The position numbers were made by a program, and so were the translations under genes. Below, piece by piece: positions 1 to 12,040 of a DNA stretch of 60,740 nucleotides. The stretch is from Spirogloea muscicola (Eukaryota). The DNA lies in NCBI GenBank assembly GCA_009602725.1, contig WELB01000023.1, forward strand, positions 669,331 through 730,070, read 5' to 3'. The notes under the pieces were generated by a model, which made no database searches, was not told where the DNA came from, and saw only the letters and a list, made by a program, of their open reading frames with translations. Each line of letters opens with the position of its first letter. Positions within the stretch are counted from its first letter, which is position 1.

Positions 1-134
1 ACATAGTACATATTGCTCGTATCTCCCAGAGTTGCTGCCTGCCTACAAGCAACGAGTGCCTGCTGCTGCAACCTTGCAGTACCTTGTCTTTGCTTTGCAG
101 CATCCTCTCTGGCTCCTTGTGCAGTTTCTCTCAG

Positions 135-416
135 GCAGAGGGCCGGAAGCTGCAGTGGGCAGAACGGTGGGGCTGGAACGCGGGGAACATGAGCAGCGAT
201 CGCTTTGCCGTCATGTCGCTGGAGAAGCTGATCTGCTCCATGTCCAAGGTGTTCCTTTCGGCTGGGGAGTCCACATTCTCGACGCACATTGACCGCATGC
301 GCAAGGCCATGGGCACGTGGTCGTGCATGGACGGCATATTGTGTGCAGGCTACCACCGCCACAACATCACCATGCCGGAGTTTGAGGAGATTCCTGAGCA
401 GGACTACGCAGACTAA
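135..416 (+). CDS. Last exon of an O-fucosyltransferase-family (GT-B, plant OFUT36-like) glycosyltransferase; gene begins before the window
   Basis: Acceptor tctctcag|gca at 134/135. Translation ...LEKLICSMSKVFLSAGESTFSTHIDRMRKAMGTWSCMDGILCAG...* matches the family C-terminal pattern L[DE]K.IC..S..F....STF...I.R.R...G..S..D..LC.G. Confidence 0.65.
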   Translation, partial: AEGRKLQWAERWGWNAGNMSSDRFAVMSLEKLICSMSKVFLSAGESTFSTHIDRMRKAMGTWSCMDGILCAGYHRHNITMPEFEEIPEQDYAD

Positions 417-1719
417 GCTTGGCCTCCTCCTCTGTATTCTTTTATTCGTTCCTCTACTACTCTTGCCAAATTTCAGCTCAAATGCAAGCCCGGGCGTGAT
501 AATGGCGGAACCCTGGGCTAAGGGGATCGCACTTTTGTTGGGTGGAAGAAACCTCAAGTCGCCATGCAGACGTGTCCAAGCTTCCAAGCTTCCCCGAGGG
601 AGTGTTGGCATGTCTGTCCACGGTGCGCTAAGCTTCAGTTTGACACAAGTCCAGCAGCGCGAGGGGGTCTGATCTGCCTCGAGCTGTGCAGGCATTTGCC
701 TTCAATCTTCATGCATAATACGTGTTCTGCAATGCCAGGCTTTGCTGAGTACGCACCTTTACCCCTCCTAAGCTGCTAAACAGATTACTCATCATTTTCT
801 AATAGAGCTGCTCGCTCTGTTCAGGTGCGTGCCCTGGCCTCCCTCTTTTGCGGTGCCTTTTGACAAGCGCTTGTTGGTGCCATTTAAAGCCACGACCACG
901 GAAAAGGTCTCATTCTCTGGAGCCTCCTGGAATGTAGCTTATCAAAGGTACCTTGTAGCCTTGCAAAGATACCTTGTAGCTTCTACGTGTCGATCTACTC
1001 TCTAAGTGGCAGTGGACTTCAGAAGAGTCTAGGTTGACTTGCAGAGACTATTGTGTGCAAGGGCTCTCTGCCGCCTTTTATTTAGGAGAAGGCATTTGCT
1101 GCGACACATCGGCCCATTGACTGCCGAGGCTGCCCTGCAGGCTTCTGTCATTTTGTCATGGCTGGCTCCTAGGCCTTGTGGCTTCTTTTTGCAAGCACGA
1201 CACATTCTTTACATTAGACTGCTGTGGCTTGTGAAACCATCCACCCAGTGCGGAGCTTTTGCTTGTGTGCACGAAGAGCTGTTGCGACCTTGCTATTGCT
1301 TGTCACTAGTTAAAAGCCCGACAGAGTCTGCGGGGTCGCTGTGGCTGGGTTACTTTAGAGAACGACGGAAAATGGTGACCGACATATTCAATGTGGCTGC
1401 GCATAGAAACCCAACAATGGCACGTCGTAAGTGATGCAGGCACAACTGACTCTGGGCCCAGGCATCAGTATGAAAAATTAATGTGACAAACCCGGCCAGC
1501 TAAAAGCAGGTTGGAGACAATAAGGCCGATCGATTCAACCCATTATTCAGTAGTGGCCACACTCGGTAAGGATGGCGTGTGGGCTTAGTCTGCACTCCTC
1601 TGGGTACCCGTCCACGACCACGAAGCTTCCACTGTGTAAGAGCACTTTGGCAAACGTGATCCGACTGACAAGGGGGAAGAGTAGCTATAGTTGCCTGCAC
1701 TTGGACTGTTGCAGCCATC

Positions 1720-2445
1720 GCCTCCATTTGATGGAGGCCGTTAGCCTGGCCTAATGCGCGCCCAGCACGCTGATGTATCCCGAGTGCCTGGGAGCGCTGC
1801 AAACTCAATGATAAGTGGAAAGAAAGCGCTAATGCATGCTGCGAAGGGCCGAAAGAAGTGGCTCTCCCACTGGGGCCCGAAAGAGAGCTGCTTGAGGGCT
1901 AGCAAAGAAAGGGCTCGCCCATTGAGGATAGGGGCTGGACAAGCCAGCCCAAAAAAGAATAATCAGCAAAGCCAGCCCAGAGAAGGTTGGACAATGTCCA
2001 CAGGCCGCGTAGGCCACAAAACAGTGCCCGGGAAGACAAAACTACACACAAAGACACGAAATGATGCAGATGGAAGCTCAGTATCCACGAGTGAGCAACA
2101 GCAAATCAGCAAATCAGAGAGAGAACTAAAAGGGCCGAAAGGGCCGAAAGGCGCGGTCGTTGTCATGGCAATGGCTCCCAACTGGCCGGGGACTCACAAT
2201 TAACGGGCGGAGCGCGACCTTCACGGCTGCCGCTAAAGAAGAAAGGGCTCGCCCATTGAGGATAGGGGCTGGACAAGCCAGCCCAAAAAAGAATGAACAA
2301 AGAAAGAACGAGAAGGGGGCCAGAGGAAGCCAGAGGAAGCGCTAAGAAACCAAAGCACACAAAGAAAGAAAGCAGCTACAAATCACTCAGTAACCCCTGC
2401 TAAGCAGCCGCAAATCAGAGAGGCTAGGGTCCTGGAAGTGGGTGC
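1720..2445 (-). mobile_element. Cluster of four head-to-tail/nested 5'-truncated 3' ends of CRE-like non-LTR retrotransposons
   Basis: Copy i 2445-2239: THFQDPSLSDLRLLSRGY*, flanked by direct repeat CCGCTAAAG at 2230-2238/2446-2454. Copy ii ~2150-1830: SLSDLL..LLTRGY*, stop 2080-2078. Copy iii 1964-1908: nested in ii, direct repeat AGCAAAG at 1901-1907/1965-1971. Copy iv ~1815-1720: LSLSLQRSQALGIHQRAGRALGQANG. Confidence 0.75.
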
Positions 2446-2509
2446 CCGCTAAAGGCCCCCCTCCCTTTCTTTCTCGGCCGGGTCGCAGTCCTGAGCCTCC
2501 GGTACTCTC

Positions 2510-2543
<34 letters not shown>

Positions 2544-2643
2544 TCGCGGCTGTGCGACCTCCACTCTTCTCTGCTGCCGACGGGAAGCGGAAGCGGCCCA
2601 GCCGAGCGAGCGCGCCGCCGTCCGCCGCCGCTGAGCGGCCGCG

Positions 2644-4832
2644 NCAGGTGCTCAAGGACGACGCGTCGGGCCTGGAGAAGGTGGTCCTGCGCGAGCCCCG
2701 GGGCAGCACCGCCGAGGTGCGCAGCTCCGACGCGACCTCTGTCGCCACCACCTACATCAGATAATTCCATAACTTCCCTTGACGTCTGATCATGAGGATC
2801 TCTTGCTTGACGCGTCAATTGGGCCAACGCTGTCGGTCCCGGAGACGGTACGCCGTTACCGGTGCACCTACAAGGTGAAGCTGACCGTGGTCAATCAAGC
2901 GGCCGATGCCAGGTGTACTTGCATGGTGGTCACGTGACCTCCTGGAAGAATGAGAAGGGCGAGGAGCACCTCTTTGTCAGCAGCAAGGTTGTACATTGAC
3001 AAATACGCAAAGTATATGCTGCATGGGTAATTCTTGACCTGCAGCTCGACTTGTGGTGCCTGAATAGCGGCGACTTGAGGGTCGCAGATTGAAGCGACAG
3101 CTTAGTCTTTGTTTCATGTTGTACAAAAGTCTTTGTTGCATGATGTACAATGAGACCAATAGTGCAGTTGTAAGACCCCACCACCGGGGGTTCACTGATT
3201 ATCCAATGAGAATGCATGATACACGTATGCCTGCGCAGGCTGTGTTTAGGCCTCCCAAAGCCATACGTGGTGGGATCCCTATCTGCTTCCCTCAGGTATC
3301 CGATCGTTCACTTTCCGCTGCCATAATTTGGTGCAACTTCTTGAATTCCTGGTTGCAGCTAACCACATTGCCTCACTGCTAGAGGCTGTAACCTATTCCG
3401 GCTCCTCTGGATGAGTGTTTGTGGGCTGGTTCTGCCAGCCCTTGCCCCCATTGGGAAGCTGCTTCTCTGCAACCATCTCAAGAGTGCCCCGAAATTAAGC
3501 TGATGAGCGTACAGAACAGCTGCAAATTACCGAGACCAAGACAGGTAGTTTATATTGTCAGTTGTGATGGTCTGTCTTTTGATCAGTCTATCTCTTTGAA
3601 CCGTGGCAGTTTGGCGGTTTCGGCCCTCTGGAGCAGCATGGCTATGCTAGGAACAGGATCTGGTCATTGGACACATCAGAAGACAGTACGGATGCTGCTA
3701 CTGTCACCCTTGTCTACGTCCCCACAGAAGAAGACCTGAAGCTTTGGCCACACAGGTAAGTTGCTCTATAGATTCAATTGGCGCAATTTCTCTTCTTTGG
3801 CGTCCTAGTTGTTGTCTTTCGTGATCCTGCAGGCGACAGGGAAAGTGCTCCGAGCTCCAGGAGAACCTCGCTCAATAGCAAAACTCCAAACTGATGCAGC
3901 TATGAGCTCCGGCTGAAAGTCACTGTTGGAAATTTGGGAGAGCTGACTTCAGCACTTCATGTGAAGAATGTTGACAGCAAGCCGCTCACATTTACATGTG
4001 CTTTCCACACTTACTTCTCAGTCTCAGACATCAGGTAAACATGCTCTTGTGCTCTGCATCAGCTTGGTGCAATTAGGCATGCAATACGCAATATGGAACA
4101 GGCATCGCATGGCCTCTTTCTTAGAGGTTCAGCCTGCAGCCCTCAACTTACAGCTTCCTCCTCTTTGCCATAGTGAGGTCCGAGTGGAGGGTCTAGAGAC
4201 CTTGGATTACCTGGACAATCTGGAGAATAAGGAACGAGTGACGGACCAGGGGGATGCCATCACTTTTGATTCCGAGGTATTCTTACTTCTGTGTTGGAGT
4301 TCTTTAGCAGGGTGCCTTCACTGCAATTGATTCAGATTTGGATGCTTGTTTGATGCCAAGGCTGCAAGTCTTGCAGTGACCTCCGTCCAGTGCTTCTTTC
4401 ACAGGTTGACAGAATATACCTTAACACACCCAACAAAGTAGCGATTGTGGACCACAGCAAGAAGAAGACCTTTGTTGTCAAGAAAGAGGGCTTGCCAGAT
4501 GCAGGTATTGTTCTTAATCTGTTTTGGTGAATGAGCAGGAATGTAGTGGACACCTTTTGGCACCTCTGCTTGTGCTGAAAATCATATCTGTTAGTAATCT
4601 GACAAGGTACTTATGTGCAGTGGTCTGGAACCCCTGGGAGAAGAAGGCCAAATCCATGTCGGACTTTGGGGACGACGAGTACAAGCGGATGGTGTGTGTG
4701 GAGGCTGCTGCAGTTGAGAATGCAATAGTTTTGAAGCCGGGTGAAGACTGGCAGGCCCGGCAAGAGCTGTCTACTGTTCCCTCCAGCTACTACAGCGGGC
4801 AGCTTGATCCAAGCAAAGTCCTGCAGGGCTGA
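2644..4832 (+). CDS. Aldose 1-epimerase family / putative glucose-6-phosphate 1-epimerase (8 exons; start codon not resolved, near N at 2644)
   Basis: Exons ~2644-2716, 2913-2987, 3239-3295, 3610-3755, 3900-4034, 4174-4276, 4405-4504, 4621-4832, all GT-AG. Motifs LHGGHVTSWKN, KAIRGGIPICFPQFG, QHGYARN, AFHTYFSVSDI, LPDAVVWNPWEKK, YKRMVCVEAA. Confidence 0.93.
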
Positions 4833-5384
4833 ATATGTACATGGGAGCAGTCGAGGGAAGCGCGAGCTGACAACTGGCCATGGTACTCACAGTCAGTTAC
4901 TGACAGACCTCTGCTGTGGTCCATTTACACTCCGCCTGAAGTGACCAAACAGGCGGGCGCATAAGGTGCTAGATAACAAGCTTGCACTATTCAAGATGCG
5001 GGCTTAGCAAGCCAGCATCATTGAAATGCGTTCATGCCTACAGCTTATGAAGGGGCAGATAAGATCAGCCCTACCGCAAGTTGACTCTCCTGCTAGCCTC
5101 GTGTCAAAGCCAAGCACGTGGGCAGAAGTGGTCTGCTTGGATGCTACTGTGCCCTGCATGAAGCACATGTGCTTCATTTGCATGAGGATAGCCAGCTTCG
5201 CTGCTGGCAGGGCGGATGATGAGGAGGAGGTTACAGTGACGCAGGGAATACTGCAAGAGCAGGAGTGGTTGCTCACTCAGTGGCAGCTGCTGAGTATTGC
5301 TGAGCGATTTTGGCCATTTTCACTGCTGACGCAATGGAAGTGGCAGAGTTCTACAGGAGGGGCGTACACAGCGGCCACTGATCA

Positions 5385-5646
5385 TCATGCTATAGAATGC
5401 GGCTATCATTGAGTCTACAGCGCTCCCAGCCACTCGCGATACACCAGCGTGCTGGTCGTGCAGTAGCCCAGGCTAATGGCTTCCGTGGTGGTGGTTTGGC
5501 GCCTCAGTATAGCTTGTCAGATATGCATGTGCTCACCCGAGGACATTAGTGTCCCCCTTAGCCAGCTCATTACCCACTTAATATGACATCTGTAAGGCTA
5601 GAATTGGCCTCCCTTTAAATTTCATGCGCACCGCGCGCCTTCTCTC
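5385..5646 (+). mobile_element. 5'-truncated CRE-like non-LTR retrotransposon 3' end (subfamily B terminus)
   Basis: In-frame YRMRLSLSLQRSQPLAIHQRAGRAVAQANGFRGGGLAPQYSLSDMHVLTRGH* (stop 5547-5549), then terminal ttggcctcccttt..ttcatgcgcaccgcgcgccttctctc shared with the copies at 20066, 35340 and 37947. Confidence 0.8.
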
Positions 5647-6570
5647 GCTATACACATGGAGGTAAGGAAGTGCTCGGTTCGGATCGTGTTCTGGTGCATA
5701 TGACCATTGCATCACTGGAGATAGAGCAGACCTGCGTCTCAGCAGTTCCCACAGGGCGTTGCTCGTGCAGCTAGTATGATGGAGCCCACACGGTTCAGAG
5801 CATTGTGTTGTGAAAATTGGAGCTGTCAGCAGAGTACCAGCTTTTGCTCAACTGTACCCTGATCACAGTCGTGTAGCACGTGACTGTTTGCCCATGCAAT
5901 TTACAGGGCCAAGTCCCGTCCCCCTGAGTTCAGGGAGGAGGTCGCCCAGATTGAAAGCGGCCAGGGAATGGGTCATGGTGGTGCCGTGGGGGAGAGCGGT
6001 GTTACCAGCCCCTCCCCAAAAACAGGCGCACTGTGAATGCTGCTGCGCAAATGGGCGCAACTGTTATCTGAAAGGAGGGGTGCAAAGACGGGAACGGGGC
6101 GGGGTAGAGGAAGGCAGGGACTGAAGTGGAGGGGGAGGAGGGAGGGAGGATGGGGCCTTGTATCCAGGCTAGCCGGCCTCCTACCAAATAGCGCGTGTCA
6201 GAGCGAGCATGTGCGCGCATGCAAAACCACGTCTACTTGGTTGACTCCTGTGCATGCCGCACAGTCCCTTGTGCCTTGAAGCCTTGGGCCGCCAGAAAAA
6301 GCAGGGCAGACAAGCCAAGGAAAGGGACGGTTGGGGGTCGAAGTGGCGGGATGCAGTGAGCCCAGCCTCTGGCCAGCGGCCAGCACAGCGGCCACCGGCA
6401 CACCCGCACTTCCGCCCGAGGCGATCAAGGAGGACCTGCGCAGCGGAGCTACCGCTGCTCAAATGTCTGCGGGCTTGGGGAGGAAGGGGAGGGGGGGGGG
6501 AAGGATGGGCGTGGCAACAGGAGGGGGATGTGGGAGCTGCCTCTCTTCTCTCCTCCCTCTACCTCCTCTG

Positions 6571-7440
6571 CTACATGGCGCCAGTGGCTCCCGCTGGGCC
6601 GCCTGCTGAGCCATTGGCGCCGCCGCCGCCGCCGCCGCCGCCGCTGCCGCCGTTGGGGCCGCCGCCGGCGTTGAGGGAGCGGTCGCCGATGCGGCGCAGG
6701 AGGATGAGGTGCGGCGCCGTGCCGTGGCCGCGGCCGCACTGGAGGCAGAAGTGGGAGGCCTCGTTGGGGCAGGGGCGGCGGCCGCGCCCAAAGTGGCAGT
6801 AGCCCGACTGGAAGAACTGGCGGCAGCCCGTGTACTCCTCGGGCGCATCCATGAGCGCCATGTCGGGCCCCACGATGCCGCGCCGCGCCTCCGCCTTGAG
6901 CTCCACTTGCAGCGCCCGCACCGCGTAGTCCTCCAGCTGCACAAACTGCTGCGCGGCCGCCCACGAGCTGCATCAGAGCCCTGGACTCGCTCGGCTTTAA
7001 ACCCACAAGGCCGACACGGCGGTCCTGGGGACCCAAGTAAGAACGCCGGAAGCTACAACAACAGCCAGGCGCTTGATTGCTAAGAAGCGAAGCCAATCGG
7101 AAGCGAAACCAATTAGCAAAACCAATTACTAGATTAAGAGATTGGAGCCCAATCTAGTGGAGTTGGGACCATTAGAGGGGCCCAGATCTGCGCCGGCGCT
7201 GTTGTGGAACGAGGAATCACAGCACCGCTCAGATCTGGCAGCAGCGCCTGGTGGCGCAGAACAATATGGGCGTTCCCTCACATTGGAGGGGTTGAGGTTG
7301 TCGAGCATGGAGCGGAGGCGCAGGATCTCCTGGGAGCTCTCGGCCAGCGCCTCGGCCGCGGAGCCCAGCTCGCCGCGCAGGCAGGCCATCTCGGCGCCCA
7401 GCTGCGTCTGCGCGTCCCCGCAGTGGTCCAGCTCCTTCCT
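6571..7440 (-). mobile_element. Interrupted ORF: N-terminal coiled coil plus C-terminal C3H/C2H-type zinc cluster; resembles ORF1/gag of DIRS/Ngaro tyrosine-recombinase retrotransposons
   Basis: CRQFFQSGYCHFGRGRRPCPNEASHFCLQCGRGHGTAPH within 6966-6571. Coiled-coil QLGAEMACLRGELGSAAEALAESSQEILRLRSMLD at 7410-7290. The intervening 7280-6970 has in-frame stops and no phase-compatible intron was found. Confidence 0.4.
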
Positions 7441-7586
7441 GCCGCCGCCGCCGCCGCCGCCGCCGCCACCGTCAGGACCCCGACGGCGGTGCCGGAGGCG
7501 GCGGCGGCGGCAGCGGCGGCGGCGGCGGCGGCGGGGAGGCCTGTCAGCGGCGGCTCCCCATCGGCGTGCTATCGGTCCTGGACGGC

Positions 7587-7910
7587 ATGCTGACGAGCGC
7601 CGCAACGGCGCCGATGCGGCTCTGGCGGGACTCGCTGCCCGCCGACGTGCGCGGCCGGGAGTGCCACCACGTCAGCTTCGGCCGCGGCGACGGCGGCGCC
7701 GGCGCCGTGGCGGCATCGCTGGCTGGCCGGCAGCAGCAGCAGGAAGAGGCGGAGCTCGAGCGCCGCAGCCTGCTCTACCCTGGCGGCATGTGGTGGCAGG
7801 ACGCCGCCGCCGAGCCCGAGGGCCCGAGCTTCCTGGACCAGCTGCAGCGGCAGATGGACGAGGCCGTGCAGCGGCGGCAGCTCGAGGCCGAGGCGGAGGC
7901 CGCCGGCGAG
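7587..7910 (+). CDS. GC3-rich coding-like ORF of unknown function running into an assembly gap
   Basis: MLTSAATAPMRLWRDSLPAD...WWQDAAAEPEGPSFLDQLQRQMDEAVQRRQLEAEAE with strong third-position GC bias. No family recognised. Truncated by N 7911-8660. Confidence 0.35.
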
Positions 7911-8699
7911 NNNNNNNNNNNNNNNNNNNNNNNNNNNNNNNNNNNNNNNNNNNNNNNNNNNNNNNNNNNNNNNNNNNNNNNNNNNNNNNNNNNNNNNNNN
8001 NNNNNNNNNNNNNNNNNNNNNNNNNNNNNNNNNNNNNNNNNNNNNNNNNNNNNNNNNNNNNNNNNNNNNNNNNNNNNNNNNNNNNNNNNNNNNNNNNNNN
8101 NNNNNNNNNNNNNNNNNNNNNNNNNNNNNNNNNNNNNNNNNNNNNNNNNNNNNNNNNNNNNNNNNNNNNNNNNNNNNNNNNNNNNNNNNNNNNNNNNNNN
8201 NNNNNNNNNNNNNNNNNNNNNNNNNNNNNNNNNNNNNNNNNNNNNNNNNNNNNNNNNNNNNNNNNNNNNNNNNNNNNNNNNNNNNNNNNNNNNNNNNNNN
8301 NNNNNNNNNNNNNNNNNNNNNNNNNNNNNNNNNNNNNNNNNNNNNNNNNNNNNNNNNNNNNNNNNNNNNNNNNNNNNNNNNNNNNNNNNNNNNNNNNNNN
8401 NNNNNNNNNNNNNNNNNNNNNNNNNNNNNNNNNNNNNNNNNNNNNNNNNNNNNNNNNNNNNNNNNNNNNNNNNNNNNNNNNNNNNNNNNNNNNNNNNNNN
8501 NNNNNNNNNNNNNNNNNNNNNNNNNNNNNNNNNNNNNNNNNNNNNNNNNNNNNNNNNNNNNNNNNNNNNNNNNNNNNNNNNNNNNNNNNNNNNNNNNNNN
8601 NNNNNNNNNNNNNNNNNNNNNNNNNNNNNNNNNNNNNNNNNNNNNNNNNNNNNNNNNNNNGCGGGGCTGACCGGGGGCGCGGCGGGGTTGCGGCGGCAG

Positions 8700-10855
<2,156 letters not shown>

Positions 10856-12040
10856 GGTTGCGCTTTGCTGGCTGCCCTCTGCTTATTTCCACTCTTATGG
10901 CATTTCTAGAAAGCCATGGGCAGATAGGGATCACCTAAGACTCATGTCATGCTCACACAGGTCTTTGAGCTAAGCTGTTGTGTTTGCAAGTTGGGATGGT
11001 TGAGTTCTTATCGCACGGGTGAAAGCGTATTGAGGGCCCAATTGGGTCCCATTGTCAGTTGGGCCAGGTGAAGCGCTGGAACAGCACCACGACGCCTTGA
11101 CAGCACCACGGGCAGAACGGCGTGAGAAGGCTGGGAGGTCAGAGCGTGCTTGTGACACTCCAGGCCATCTCTGGTAAGTGACCAACTTCGATTCATTCTC
11201 AAATTCAGTACGAAGAGTGGAAGAGCTTTGAAGCAGCTGAATGAGAAGCTGTTGCCTGGGGTGATTGCCTTTCAGTGGCCTTCATGAAGATCTGGAGACT
11301 CACTACCTGTCATTGGCGCCAGTCATGCAGAGATTGCAGAGTAGGAATACGACAACACAGTGCTGCCACATGCTCACCCTTAGTGCGACAGTGACTTTGA
11401 GGAATGCTGTCTTCAGTTGACTGCACCAATCTGGCACGTGTGCAGCCAAAGCGGAGCTCTTGGAAGGTCTCCCTAGGAGAACTGCCCAGAGCACTTCGTG
11501 CTTTGTGAATGTCCATGAAGGCCAAAGACTTCAAGTGCTTGTGTGTGGCTCTAGCTTCCACACGTGGTAAGACACAACGCTTGAATTTATGTGGTTCATT
11601 GCAGAGGAAGGAAGCAAGCTTGCAAACAGTGCTTCCTGTTGCGCATCTCATCTAGGAGCCACAACTCAGACAATTTGCACTTGTTGCTGCAGATAGCAAA
11701 GTCACACAACTTGGGCAAGAAATGGGCAACCCATCTGATGCCATCTCCAGTCAACCTATGATATTTACCTACAGGTGCCGCATGCCTGCATATGCACCAG
11801 GCCCATTGCCTATGTCTATGTCAAAGCATTTGCAGGCTTGCTGTACAGCTATTTGCGTCTTCGGTTCTCTGAGTAGCACTGTCAGACCCCCATTTGGATC
11901 TGCAGCAAATGTCCAATATGTGAGCTACATCACCTATTTACTTCTATGTGGACGAATGAGGACTATTGTGCTTGTGGAGAAGTTGAAGAATAGTAGGAGA
12001 GGAAATAGGGGCAGCAGTCATCACCATGCACTGTATCCAT

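Noticed and set aside
2122..2160. GGCC-GAAA-GGGCC-GAAA resembling hammerhead ribozyme stem II
   Set aside because: No CTGANGA core and no stem III pairing. It is explained by a 9-bp tandem duplication within a retroelement tail.
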